From positions 5,518,001 to 5,582,000 of the forward strand of contig NC_083231.1 of NCBI RefSeq assembly GCF_032191835.1: a DNA stretch of 64,000 nt, written 5' to 3'. Within the stretch, counting starts at the first letter, position 1, and each line of letters opens with the position of its first letter. The notes below the pieces were generated by a model. It did no database searches and had not been told where the DNA came from. It saw only the letters and a program-made list of their open reading frames with translations. The DNA is from Heteronotia binoei. Its lineage: Eukaryota. The position numbers and the translations under genes were made by a program. This document shows positions 35,401 to 47,800 of the stretch, piece by piece.

Positions 35401-35886
35401 TCATATGAACATATATATGAAGCTGCCTTCTACTGAATCAGACCTTTGGTCCATCAAAGTCAGTATTGTCTTCTCAGACTGGCAGCGGCTCTCCAGGGTC
35501 TCAAGCTGAGGGTTTTCACGCCTATTTCCCTGGACCCTATTTAGTTGGAGATACCGGGGATTGAACCTGGGACCTTCTGCTTCCCAAGCAGATGCTCTAC
35601 CACTGAGCCACACTCCCTCCCCTGACCAGCAGTGGCTCTCCAGGGTCTCAAGCGGAGGTTTTTCACGCCTACTTGCCTGGACCCTTTTTAGTTGGAGATG
35701 CCAGGGATTGAACCTGGGACCTTCTGCTTCCCCAGCAGATGCTCTACCACTGAGCCACACTCCCTCCCCTGACCAGCAGTGGCTCTCCAGGGTCTCAGGC
35801 GAAGGTTTTTCACACCTACTTGCCTGGACCCTTTTCAGTTGGAGATGCCAAGCAGATGCTCTACCACTGAGCCACTGTCCCTCCCC
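35401..35886 (-). mobile_element. Squam2-like SINE with three tandem 147-bp head+body units
   Basis: GGCTCTCCAGGG recurs at 35487, 35634 and 35781. Units carry an A box (TGGCTCAGTGG) and B box (GGTTCAATCC); the outermost head has lost its B box by deletion. Confidence 0.85.
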
Positions 35887-35959
35887 AAGCCAAGCGACCT
35901 GGTGGCTTGGAGAACGCATTTAAAGTTGTCCCCCTTCTACCCCTCGCTCTGCCATCTCT

Positions 35960-36570
35960 TTGCTTCCCTTCTTGCGGCTCTTCCCTCGAGCAAGTCCCCC
36001 CCGCCCCACAGACCCCCCTTCCCGCCCCCTCGCACCTTGGTGTCCACATCGGCCAGGCAGTCGCGGCGGAACTGGTCGAAGAGGCCCTGGCTCTTGAGGC
36101 GGTTGAGGATGAGCGAGACCAGCTCGGGCTCGGCGGCGGCAGCGGCGGGGCCGGAGGAGGGGCCGGGGAGCGGCGGGGGCGGCGGCGGGGGCGGAGGGGG
36201 GGGCGGCGGGGGCGGCTGGGCGGGCGGGGAGGCTGCCGCGGGGGGGGCGGCGGCGACGGCGCTCCCGCTGCTCGACATGGTGGCGGCGGCGGCGGCACCC
36301 TCTCCTCCCTTCGCTCCCCCGGAAGCGGAAGGAAGCGCGAGACGGAAGTGGCTGCCACCGAGGCGAAGGCGAAGAAAGGCAGATGTGTCCCCCCCTGACG
36401 GCCGAGCGGGTCCGAGGAGTGCGCGTGCGCAGAGACGATCGGCCCGCCCACGCTCCAATGAGCTTCCAAGGCTGACCGCGGCTCCGCCCCCGAGCCTGGA
36501 AGGAGCTTCGCGTTGAGCGGGGGAGGGGGGGGGCTGCAGGCGGGGCATGAGGAGGCGGGCCACAGGGCGG
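35960..36570 (-). promoter_or_regulatory. CpG island and TATA-less promoter of BOD1L1
   Basis: Very high GC and CpG density. ETS-like GGAA cluster (CGGAAGTG at 36343), NRF1-like TGCGCGTGCGCA (36420-36431), GC boxes (~36441 and ~36481) and CCAAT (36455). Motif roles are inferred. Confidence 0.8.
36036..36278 (-). CDS. BOD1L1: BOD1L1 coding exon 1 (81 aa; Pro-rich N-terminus and start of the Shg1/BOD1 domain)
   Basis: ATG at 36278 in a GCCGCCGCCACC-ATG Kozak context. Translates MSSSGSAVAAAPP...PPPPP...ELVSLILNRLKSQGLFDQFRRDCLADVDTK, the recognisable BOD1/BOD1L1 motif. Ends at donor AAG|GTGCGA, phase 0. Confidence 0.95.
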
Positions 36571-36825
36571 ATGATTAACATGTGGAACAAGGGTGATTAA
36601 CATGTGGAATTCACTGCCACAGGAGGTGGTGGCGGCCACAAGCATGGCCACCTTCAAGAGGGGTTTAGATAAAAATATGGAGCACAGGTCCATCAGTGGC
36701 TATTAGCCACAGTGTGTGTGTGTGTATACATTTTTTGCCACTGTGTGACACAGAGTGTTGGACTGGATAGGCCATTGGCCTGATCTAACATGGCTTCTCT
36801 TATGTTCTTATGTTCAGCTATTTGG
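36570..36825 (+). mobile_element. CR1 3' fragment abutting the BOD1L1 promoter
   Basis: GTGATTAACATGTGGAATTCACTGCCACAGGAGG...CATGGCTTCTCTTATGTTCTTATGTT. Confidence 0.8.
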
Positions 36826-37835
36826 ATCAAAGATATCTTTGATATTGATTCCCCCCAGTTTTTAAGAAAAAACACTGAATATCCCCTGTTGTGCATCAAA
36901 TGTTGTGTTGTGTGCAGAATTTGGAAGCAAAAGCAGGTCTCTCTGCCTTCGAACTGAGACTGAAATTGTTCTTTGAGGATGATGGCTTGCTAGCCACTCT
37001 GAAAAGGGATACCCACAGATAGATTTGGATGAAAGTCCTAGATGAGAAACTGACATCGTTGTAATGTTGGCTAATATATTTCTGATATGGGCAAATCCAA
37101 AACGTTTTTTAGAATAAAAAAGCTCTTAGAAATTGATTACAGCAGTTTGATCTTAAGAGCCCACCAAGTTTGCTTGCCCCTGTCTTTTGGGTTTTTTTTT
37201 CAAAATCTATACCCTTCCTACATGTGCAATATTTGCACAGGCCGCCCCCCCACTCCAATTATAAGATTTAGTTAAGAGACATACCTTTTTTTGACAGCAC
37301 CATACTTCTCACAGCACGTGCTCACAGCATAGCTCACAGGGATGAATTCATTTCAGTGATTTAACTACATTACACCCTCTTGCCTTTCAGGAAACCACAC
37401 CATTGTAGTTTAAAAGGTAGGATAACTTTTATTCACCCTGCAGACAGACGGCTACTAATTCGTACACCTTTCCAAAATTAAATTTCACCACAAAATTCAA
37501 TATAATAATAATAATATAATAATAACTTTTTTTCAAAATAATATATTTAGGGCACCAGGGTGACCTCCTAAGTTCTCTACAAAGTTCTATGAAGTGTCTG
37601 AAGTCGACTGATCAAATACAGGGAACGGTGGATCACAAGTTACAACACAATGAACCTATAACTTTAAGATCAGTCTGTGTTCCAATGAATGCTTGTATCT
37701 TTTAAAAGCTCAATGATGCATGGTTTTAAACAGAAGAATATGCAAAATAAGCAACTGTGGTGTTTTTATGTCCACTTGCTATGTATAAAAATGATGTTTT
37801 ACTGTAAACTGCGTTGAGCAGCAAGGAAAAGCAGT

Positions 37836-38026
37836 ATAGGGTGGCTAAACTCGTATAACATAAGAGCCACATAGAATAAACGTCAGACGTTTGAGAGCTG
37901 CAAGGTAGGAGGGCAAATAGGAGGAGGGAAAAAGAGGTGGAAGGAAAGCAACTTTAAATGTATTCTCCAAGTTGCTGGCTGGCTTGGTTTAGCAAAGTGA
38001 TTTAAAGAAAGAAATGTCTCCTTTAA
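37836..38026. mobile_element. Left half of a hAT MITE split by L1
   Basis: GGGTGGCTAAAC...GAGCCACATAGAATAAACGTCAG, same family as 1970-2280. Confidence 0.7.
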
Positions 38027-40665
38027 TTTTCAAAAAGTTTTATTAGTTTCAGGAAAAAAAAGAGAGGGATAGGGATTGGGAAATAGAAAACACAATATAT
38101 TCCGGTATTATTTTGCATAAGAATACTTTCAAAGATCATAATTCTACAACAACTTAATATAAATAGTCCCCTACTATTTTTGTCTCAACTACACCAAATC
38201 CATTTCACGTTTTATAGCATACTCTTTTTGTTAAAATTATCCAGTAATTTTGACAGTTCCAATAGGGACAGGTTTTATAAGATAGTATACAGGGGAAAAA
38301 GGAAAAATAAGTTCACATCAGAGTCTTGGTTATTCACATCAGAGTCTTGGTTATTTAATCAGGCATAGAATTTAATCCAATATTTTCTTGCTGCTTCTTT
38401 AGATTTCCCAGTCAACAACTGGGATAAGAAGTCCAATTTTGCTGTTTCCAAAACTTTTCCCACTAAATCCATTTTCGGGGGAATTTCCTGAGACTTCCAT
38501 CTTTGCGCCAAAAGGATCCTAGCTGCTGTGTTAAAATGCACCAACAAGTGCCTCATCTCTTTGGAATAATCCTCAGGGAATATGTTCAATAAAAATAGTT
38601 CTGGTTTAAAATAAATCTGCGTCTTGGTGATCTTCTGTAGTATTTCATGACCCATTTTCCAATAGTTTTTCACAGTCTCACATGTCCACCACATATGAAA
38701 AAAGGAACCAATCTGTTTGGTACATTTCCAACACTTGTTGGACATATTAGTATAAATCTTACACAATTTCTGTGGTGTCAGATACCATCTATAAAACATC
38801 TTATATAGATTTTCTTTAAAGGTTACTGACCTAGTTAATTTGACATTAAATTTCCACAATCTCTCCCAGTCTTCTAATGCGATATTAGATCCAAAGTTTT
38901 TTGCCCATTGAACCATACAGTCCTTTACAACTTCATATTGTGTCTTCATTTGAAATAGATAGGCATATAATTTAGAGGGTAACTTTTCCTGTGGACCCAA
39001 TAAAATTTTATCAAATACATGTTGTTCTTTATTAAAACCTATCATCTTGTCTTTGGCATACCTCGATTCAACTTGCATTCTCAACCACCAGTTCATTTTA
39101 ATATCCACGCCTTCCAATTCTTCTTTGATTTTCAATTGATTGTCTTTTCCCAACAGGTCATCATACTTATAGTTCTGGTTTGTTTTTAAAAAGTTTGGAT
39201 GCATAAATGCTTCTTCTGGCGAGACCCATCTTGGAATTTTTTGATAAATTCTCGTCTTCAACCATGACCAGGTATGATACAGAGATTTTCAAAACCAATG
39301 GTTTTTAAAATAGGAGTGGCCTTCAAGTCTTTGATACCACAAATATGCATGCCATCCTATAGTCAAATCATGTCCTTCTAGTAGCAATTGTCTCTTGTCA
39401 TTCAGGAGTATCCAGTCTCTTACCCATAACAGTGCAGATGCTTTATAGTATAACTGCCAATCTGGTAGGCCCAAGCCTGCTCTTGGTTTAGAATCCTGCA
39501 ATGGTATTTCTAGGTTTTTTGCTTTGCCAGATATATTTAGCAATCATCCTGTTCAATTCTTGAAAAAAATCCACTATTTAAAAATGTTAGAATAGTTTGA
39601 AATAATAATCTTGGTAAAATATTCATCTTTATTAAAGCTATTCTTCCCATTAAAGATAAGCTTAAATCATACCATTTTCCAAGTCTTTTTAAATTTCTTT
39701 AAGTAGATTATCATAATTGTCTGCTTCTAAACTGCTGCATTTGTTTGAAATAACAATGCCTAAATATTTAATTTTTTTCATACAAAAATCCTGATTTCTG
39801 CTGGAAGGATTGAATTTGTTCCATCGTCATATTCTTTGTCAAAAATTTTGTTTTGTGATAATTAATCTTTAATCCTGCATATTAGCCAAATTGTTTGATC
39901 TTATTTATAAGGCAATCAATTGAATCCATTGGTTTTTCTAATATAAAGACTAGATCATCTGCAAAAGCTCTGAGTTTGTATTGTTCATCTTTTATGACAG
40001 CTCCCTTTATATTTGAATCTTTCCTTATTTGGTTGTTCAACATCTCTAGAGATAAGATGAAAAATAAAGGTGACAATGGACAGCCTTTTGTACCTTTTTG
40101 AATTTTAAGAATGTCTGTTAGTTCGCCATTCACTGTCACCCTTGCATTTTGTGAGGAATATATTGCTTTTACTACTCTCAGGAAATTTTCACCACACTCC
40201 ATGCCTTTCAACTGTTATAACATAAAATACCAACAAACATTGTCAAAAGCTTTCTCAGCATCCAAGCAAATTAAGGCCAATTGTTTCTCTGGATGTCTCA
40301 TAATATTCCAAAATGTTGCAAACTGTCCTTACATTATCTTTTAAATATTTTTTAGGAAGAAATCCTGCTTGATCATAGTGTATTATAGATTGTAAAACTT
40401 ACTTCAGATGTTGTGCCAATATTGCAGCAAAAAATTTATAATCCACATTTAAAAGGGAAATTGGACGATAATTTTTAATATCTTTCAGGTCATTGTTTTC
40501 TTTTGGAATCAAAGATATTGTGGCTCCTTGCCATGGAGCTGGTATTTGACCTTCCTCTTGGAATCTTTTCTATGAGATGCTTGAATGGTAGAAGCAAAGA
40601 TTCTTCATAAGCTTTATAAAATTCTGCAGGTCGACCATTTGGACCAGGAGCTTCGCCATTCTTTT

Positions 40666-40989
40666 TTTTTATGTTTTAACAATTTATTGATAACATATGG
40701 TTACAATATTTAATTATATCCTTTCTATCTCTAACCCATATGATATTTTCAATCCCCTCTCCCTCCATTACTAGACTTCCACCAAAGTTATATATTTGAG
40801 TTCAGTTATAAAGGTACCCCCAACCAATCAAAGTTCAATGTCTTTCTCTTCTCATTCATACTAAAAAATTGCCCAATGTCTTTTTACGTTCCACTCTTGC
40901 TCTATATATCCTTTAAATTTCTTCCACTCATTTTTAAACACGTCTAAATCATAGTCTCTTAAAGATCTTGTTAACTTATCCATCTCACT
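40666..40989 (-). mobile_element. 5'-truncated L1 3' end nested in L1 ORF2
   Basis: Poly-A tail and 10-bp TSD CCATTCTTTT (40656-40665 / 40990-40999), which reads AAAAGAATGG on the sense strand as typical of L1 endonuclease targets. Confidence 0.75.
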
Positions 40990-41366
40990 CCATTCTTTTG
41001 AGATGTCATCGCCTCTCCAAGTTCCCTTATTGTTATTGGCTCATTTAAACTTTTTTGTTGTTCCTCTGTAAATTTGTTAAGATTATTTTGTTTGATATAT
41101 TCTTCTAGCTCTATTTTCTGAACTTGCTTCTCTTCATATAATTTTTTATAAAACTGCTCCACAATTTGACATATTTTTTGTTTTTGACTTTTCTCTTCAT
41201 TGTTCTCATCTTTCAAAGATGTAATTATTCTTTTGGCCTTATCTTTTCTCATCCTATAAGCCAACCACCTTCCAGGTTTATTGGCATGCTCAAAATTTTT
41301 TTGTCTCGCATATCTGTTTGATCTCCATCTCTTCAATAAGAATTAAGTCCAATTTATGTTGCGTTT

Positions 41367-41944
41367 GAACAGAGAAGCTATTGCGCCTGAACAGAGAAGC
41401 TATTGAGATTTACAAACACCAGCACAACTTTAACAGAAAGGAAGAAGGCATTTCCATCCACCATTCTTGGTATCCAGCTCTGCAAAACACCCTACAGACT
41501 ACAAATTGCAGAAGGTCACAGAACAAACAGCACATTCCAGAGAACAATCAGCAGAATCCAACAACCATCTTCCTTATCTTCACACCCCTTCCAACCCTCC
41601 CAGCAATCAACACAGAACAATGGTCACATTCCACAGCCAGTTTCCTTATCACCACCCTTCCAGGAAGCCCCACCAAACAATGGGTACATTCACAAACCAA
41701 TTGCCCTCTCACCACACCCCCTCCAGCCTAGAAATAGCAGCTCTCCAGCAGCCCTGGCCTCACTCAATGCACAGCAGCCAAGAAGGTCAGAACGCCTGCT
41801 CCGGCTGCAACGCCACTGAGGATGTTCTCCGCAGCTGAGAACGAAACGTCGGGAAGAAAAACTTTCTCCAGTAGAACACTGCACTTGAGCCTGAAAGATT
41901 CTAAAAAACCCTAATGATGATGCCAGCTGTGAAAACCTGAAATC
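41367..41944 (+). mobile_element. Penelope-like (Poseidon-type) 3' fragment nested in L1 ORF2
   Basis: GIY-YIG C-terminal peptide REAIEIYKHQHNFNRKEEGISIHHSWYPAL, a hammerhead motif and 12-bp TSD TATGTTGCGTTT (41355-41366 / 41945-41956). Confidence 0.85.
41813..41853 (+). ncRNA. Minimal hammerhead ribozyme motif with stem I mismatch
   Basis: Same as 19768-19808 but 3' stem I reads GGG instead of UGG. Confidence 0.65.
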
Positions 41945-42950
41945 TATGTTGCGTTTCTTTCACCTTTTTTTGGGATTCACTTTTTGTTGGTTGTTTTTTA
42001 AGATTCCTTTCAGCTTCTCTGGCTTGTGACATTAAATTTTGAAAGTTTTCAGTTCTCTCTTTTCTATATCTGATTGCAAGGCCCCTATAGTAAGCTTTAG
42101 CAATGTCCCAAACTACCTGTATCTTTACTTCTTGTGTTGTATTCTGTTTGAAAAAATACTCCATTTCAGCCTTGGATTCTTTAAGAAATTCTTCATCTTT
42201 CAAAATTGAGGTATTGAAGTTCCATACTTTTCTCTTCCGTAAACCTTTTAACTTTATTATTACAGGACTATGATCTGAAATAACTCTTGTTTGAATTTCT
42301 GTGTCAACTAGATCTTTAATCAGACTTTCCGAAAGCCAACACATGTCAATTCTTGACCAGTTTTGGTGACTGGCCGAGTAATAGATAAAATCTTTAGAAT
42401 TAGGATACCTTGTTCTCCATACATCTACCAAGTCCATTTCTTCTGCTAATTTCCAAAAGCTTACTGGCAATTGAGAACCTTTACATTTCATCTGTTTGGG
42501 CATTTTTTTTATCCAATTGTCTATCAGGAACTGCGTTAAAGTCTCCTATTAAACAATATTCTGCATATTCCAAATCTGTTAATTTAAGATGCAAATCTTG
42601 GAAAAATTTCTCTTGGTGATCATTTGGAGCATAGATATTTGCCCATAAGATTTTTTTATTGTCCACAGTGATTTCCACTAGTAAGATTCTTCCATCTTCA
42701 GAGGCAAATTGCGATTGTGGATTGAATTTATCTTTAATGTATGTTGCCACTCCCTTTTTCTTCTTATACTTATCTGTTGCTGTGAATAAGTTACCAAATT
42801 TTTTGTTTTTCAAGAAATGATATTTCTTTAGAATATGAGCTTCTTGCAAGCAAATTATATCCATTTCCAATTTTGCCAAATATCTAAATGCCTTCCTCCT
42901 TTTAGCAGGAGAATTAAGTCCATTCACATTAATTGAGACTATTGAGGCCA

Positions 42951-43913
42951 TTATGGATTTGAATTATCATTATCTTTTTTATCCTTTTTGGAGTATTGCC
43001 TTGTATGATATCTGCGTGGTTCATTTGGGTTTTCTTCCCCAGAAGCTTCTCCCTCCTCCTCCTCTTCATCCTTCTTTTCTTTGCCTTCTTTTTCTTTCAT
43101 TCTTTCAAAAAAATGCTGCGCTTTGAAGATGGAATTAATCCTATATCTGGACTCCTGGTACGTAAAAAGAAGGCCCTCTGGCATTAACCACATGTAAGGT
43201 ATTTCTCGTCTCAGAAAGTCTGTTAACTCTTGGTATTCTCTCCTCTTTTGACTCACAGGCCAGGGAACCTTCCTCAGAATTTTCACCATATTTCCAGCTA
43301 TCATCATTGGTCTGTCCCTTACTTGTTTTAGAATATCATCTTTGATCCTCTTTCTTGTAAATTTCAAATGAACTTCACTGGGCAGCTTGTTTCATCTTGT
43401 ATAGCTCAAGGGTACCCGTCTAACTTGATCAAATTCTTCTTCCATCCTCTCAGGAGTCATCTGCAAAATTTCAGCCAAGGCCTCACTTAAAATTTTCTGT
43501 AAATCTTCATTTTTCTCTTCTGGTATATTTTGGAACCTCAACATATATGCAGCTCTATCTACTTCCAGTTGTAGGAGTCTAGAGTCTTGTAGTTTCTGTT
43601 CTTTTTCCATATGTTCTACCTTTTGGGTATTCTCTATCACTTGACCCTCCAGTACTTTTAAGGCCTTGTTAGTCTCAGTTGTCTGTCTGGTATTCTGTGC
43701 AAGCTCTTCTTTAATCTCTGTCATCTGCTCACCAATGTTGTCTACTTTGCTAGTTAGTTGTACTATAGCAGTCATTAAAGCAGCTTGCATCTCTCTCATA
43801 TCTCCTTGCATAGACATAAATTTACCTGGTCCAGATGGAGGTTTAGGTGAAGGAAACGTTTGTTTTCCTTCTTTGTTGTCCTTTTTTTTTACAGCGTCCT
43901 TAGGCCCACTCAT
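42951..43913 (-). pseudogene. L1 ORF1 (disrupted near 43380)
   Basis: Coiled-coil then RRM/CTD-like peptide in two ORF pieces (43392-43934 and 42951-43367). Confidence 0.75.
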
Positions 43914-44133
43914 TCTTGCTGAAAGTGAAAACACTCACAGGCAAAAGTCCAATAACACCTCTTCCACGTTTGTTTTAAAACTCTTTGTTCTTGTTTGTAT
44001 CAGATAAACTAAGCTGTGCCCAAGAGTATCCTTATTATCAAACAGTTCAAGAATGAAAGCAACTTTCTGGTTTCTATCAACAATTTGCATTAGTCAAAGC
44101 AATACTAAAAATAATAACAAATGCTTCTTCTTC

Positions 44134-45115
44134 TTTTTTTTTTGGATAAAACAATCTTTTATTGAATCTTGTACATAATACAGAATACTTGTGATATCAG
44201 ATTGATTCAAATAGGAAATACATTGGAAGCAGTCAACACACCCCCACCACCCTTCCCACCCCATCACCAAGAGCTTAAGGGGGGTTACCAAAACATAAAT
44301 TCAAGTTTCTCATTTCAATTCCCACACTTTTAATCCATAGATACAGTGGGTTCCAGATTTCTTTAGTAGTTGAATAAGACTGTCCTCTCAGTTTCATTGT
44401 TAAAATATCTAATTCTACTGCCTCTAATAGTTTTTGTACAAACTCGTCCCTTCTTGGGATTTCTGCAACCTTCCAGTACCTGGCATATAGGATTCTAGCT
44501 ACAGTGGCAATATATAACAGGCGTTTTTTTTCTAGTTTGGGGAGTTTTTCTTTTATTATACTTAGCAAATAAAATTCTGGTGTGTGCGGGAGCCTTATTT
44601 TAAAAAATTTTTGGCACCAGGTATTGACCTGGGCCCAATATTTCTTGGCATAGGCACACTGCCACCAAATGTGGAATAAGGTTCCCTTCACCTTTCCGCA
44701 CTTCCAACACTTGTTAGAGTAGCTTGGATAGATCTTGGCCAGTCTCTCTGGGGTCAAGTACCATCTATAGGCCATCTTGTACAGATTTTCTTTAAATTCA
44801 TTGGCCGAGGTTAGTTGGAGGTTATGTTTCCAGATATTTTCCCATTCTTCCAATTCCATATTGTATCCAAAATCACTTAGCCATCTGATCCAGCTTTCGT
44901 TGACTGTTTCATCTTGCATTTTGTTCATTAATAGCCAATTATAAATTTTAGATATTAATTTCTGCCCATAATATATTATTGTGTCCAAATCGTTAGGCTT
45001 TTTATAGAAGCCTGTTTTTCTATCTGTCTGGAACCTGGAGTTAATTTGTGTTTTAGTCCACCAATCCAATTTAACATTGTCGTCTAAAATCAAATTATGG
45101 GTGGTATCCAGCAAC
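44134..45115 (-). mobile_element. 5'-truncated L1 of a different family nested in the L1 5'UTR
   Basis: Intact 279-codon ORF2 C-terminus (FKENLYKMAYRWYLTPERL...KCWKCGKVKGTLFHIWWQC), then AATAAA and poly-A. No clear TSD. Confidence 0.8.
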
Positions 45116-46408
45116 CGATCTTCCAGCTAAATTTCAGGTATAAAAGATGCAAAAGTATAAATCTGTAATCCAGGGCTGATTAGCCTATTTGTAATCCAAG
45201 GGTGAGACCCAAATTCAAATTGTAAACCAATAATCCAGACCACATTAGAGAAGAACCAACACCCAAAAATAAAAGCAAACAAACAAACAAACAGATGCAT
45301 CAAACAAAAATTCAATAATCCAGGTAGAGAAGCCATGAATCTGTAATCCAGGGATGAATGTCCTATTTATAATCCAAACACATGCCTCCAAAATATACAA
45401 AAAGTCAATAATCCAAACATAAAGGGAGAAAAACCTACAAATCCAAAAGTAAAAACATTCAGGTGCACAAAAAAAATCCCAAACCAAAAATCGTTGCAAC
45501 CTTATCCAAAAAATAATCCAGCCACAGGTATACACAAAATCAAAAAAGAAAAAGAAAAAGTACAATACCAAATAAAGTAGTATATATCCACAGGAAAAGT
45601 TAAAAAAAGGTTTTTTGTTTTGTTTTTTGAAAATTTGCAAAGTCGTCTTGTTACCACCAGAGATCCTGTTGTATCTTATAGTCAGTATCAAATATCCACC
45701 AGCTTTTGATAGTTCTTTACGTGATTATAAATTCTATCCAAACACTTGAACTCGTTCTTCAAAACTTGACTAAACCATCCAGCTCTCAGATCTGTCAGCA
45801 AAAATCTTTTCCCCAGAAGCAAAGCACTTTCATCGCCCACAGGGAATTTAAAAGAAGCCATTTAAGCTAAGTCATCTACTATAAACTGATGAAGTCTCTT
45901 ACATGCAGGTGCTCTCCATATATCAGGTTATGCAAACTTTTTCAAGCCTTGGAAAAGAGCTTGAAAGAGTAAAGAGCTTGAGTAAAGCAAGAGCAGTCTC
46001 TTGCTTTACTCAAAATCTGCTCCTGATTCTCTTTTTCCCTGCCTAAGCGATCAGTCATAAATAAAATGTGGGGAAAAACACTTACAGTAGTAAGAAGCTC
46101 ATGTCCTTTATGAAACTTGGAAGTACGGAATGCAGAGAGTTAGAAAGTAAAGGAAGAAGCCAGTGGCTGACCCTAGTGCCATTTAAAAATGGCGATCAGC
46201 ACGAAGAGGCTTGAGGAAAGCGGGATTGTGGGAGCAGCCGCCTCCACTGACTTCCCCGATCTACCGCTCAATCCTCCAGCCTTCTGGAAGCCTTCCTGGC
46301 CCCCAGAATTGAGACGTCCTTCGTGGGCGACCCCTCAAAAGTGCTGATTTGAGAGTGGCTCAGGATGCATCGGTCCGAGCCGCTCTCAACCCCGTGTCGC
46401 TGGAACCC

Positions 46409-46514
46409 AGAAATGCCTTCTTTAAACCAGCCGATGGGGTGGCAGCTTCAAGAGCCACACAATATGCGTGAAAGAGCCACATGTGGCTCCTGAGCCTTGG
46501 TTTAGCCACCCCTG
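46409..46514. mobile_element. Right half of the hAT MITE split by L1
   Basis: GAGCCACATGTGGCTCCTGAGCC...TTTAGCCACCCCTG terminal repeat. Confidence 0.7.
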
Positions 46515-47589
46515 AGATATAGTAAGTAAATAAATGAATTGGTTATTGTTAATCATGACAACAACATCAAGGCATCCTGTTACCATGGAGACATGACTGC
46601 TAAACAGGTCAGTGTGAATGTGGATCTCTTTCCAGCTTGGTTCAAATCAGTCTCAAATCTGCCTTAAATTTCTTTTCTGCAGTCTGGTAAGAAAGCAGGT
46701 AGGCTTGGGTCTTCTAGCCCCTTTAAGGGAAGGGTAGGACAAGAAGGGCCTGTGTGAACAAGGCCAACCTCTTGATTGGCCTGACAGTCTACTCATGGGG
46801 GGGCAAGTTGTGACTTGGGAAATTCCTGGAGATTTGGGGGTTTGATTCTGGAGAGAACAAGGTTTGGCAAGGGGAAGGACTTCAGTGGGCTGTAATGCTG
46901 CAGCGTCCACCTTCCAAAACAGCCACATTCTCCAAGGGAACCTGGAGATCTCCCGGCAGCCCTGTCTACCCGTCAGTTCTAGAGGCATCTGAGACAGTCT
47001 GATGGCCAGCAAAGAGGAAAGGCAAGCCACTCAGATGGTGGGCAGGGAAAAAGAGTTAGAAGTATATGACTTAGGCAGGTGGGCACAGAGCTGTTGTGGG
47101 TCAGCTGCTGGCTGTTTGCTCAGTTAACCTGCATTCTACAAAAGCTGCATTCTGCACTCCCCTTCCCCAAATTTCTGAACAGGGGCCTTTGGGCTAGACA
47201 AACTGGACATGAAAAGCACAAATAAAGCGTTTGCTCTCTAGATTCCTATGCAAATCTTCAAGGGTTTTGGTCTGCCATTATCCTTTTCACCAGCAGGGGG
47301 TAATGTTTTCCTTCAGACTCTGCTCCCTTGCAAGTTTTTGGAAAGATGCCTCTTTATCATCCATCCTTTTCCTCTGTTGCATTGCACATGCTTTCATTGT
47401 AAGCAGTCAGAGACATCTTCACTCAAATCTCATCTGAAACGACTGTCCTTTTGTTCATCTTTGTTGTGCATGCATGTGCTCTAATCACTTCGTTCTGCTT
47501 TGACTTCTCTGGATATGAAGAACTTCCTAAACGCACTCCATAAAACTAAAAAAATATTTTGATGGCAATATCAAAGTGTATACATGACA

Positions 47590-47800
47590 GCCAGCGTTAT
47601 GCAGTGCTTAGAGTGTTGGGCTAGGAGCTGAGAGACCCTGGTTGGAACCCCCCCTCTGCCGTGAAAACTTGTTGGGTAATCTTGGGCCACTCACACATTC
47701 TCAGCCTAACCTACCCAAGAGGGTTGTTGTAAGGATAAAACAGAGGAGAAGAGAATGATGTAAGCTGCTTTGCATTTCCGTTTGAAGTATAAATAAAATT
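47590..47800 (+). mobile_element. Old MIR/CORE-type SINE
   Basis: Degenerate tRNA head and CORE-like CCTACCCAAGAGGGTTGTTGTAAGGATAAAA. Confidence 0.6.

Larger units (their letters stand above)
38359..42951 (-). pseudogene. L1 ORF2 (endonuclease/reverse transcriptase) with frameshifts, stops and two insertions
   Basis: Collinear ORF pieces 42481-42951, 41901-42503, 40971-41336, 39882-40211, 39289-39543 and 38359-39261. Confidence 0.85.
38027..46408 (-). mobile_element. Full-length decayed L1 LINE (5'UTR, ORF1, ORF2 EN-RT-CCHC) with three nested inserts
   Basis: 17-bp imperfect TSD AGAAATGTCTCCTTTAA (38010-38026) / AGAAATGCCTTCTTTAA (46409-46425). ORF1 MSGPKDAV...RFQNIPEE, EN SINVNGLN...LQEAH...GDFN...SDHSP, RT GCPLSP...AFADD, C-terminal CWKC...HMWWTC. 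AATAAA near 38040. Confidence 0.88.

Noticed and set aside
35560-35890. tRNA-like sequences (also the heads of other SINEs)
   Set aside because: A/B boxes are present but continue into SINE bodies without a complete cloverleaf; not tRNA genes.
35779-36693. Several 160-257 aa ORFs on both strands over exon 1
   Set aside because: Expected from stop-codon scarcity in a GC-rich island. Only the Kozak ATG at 36278 gives the BOD1 motif.
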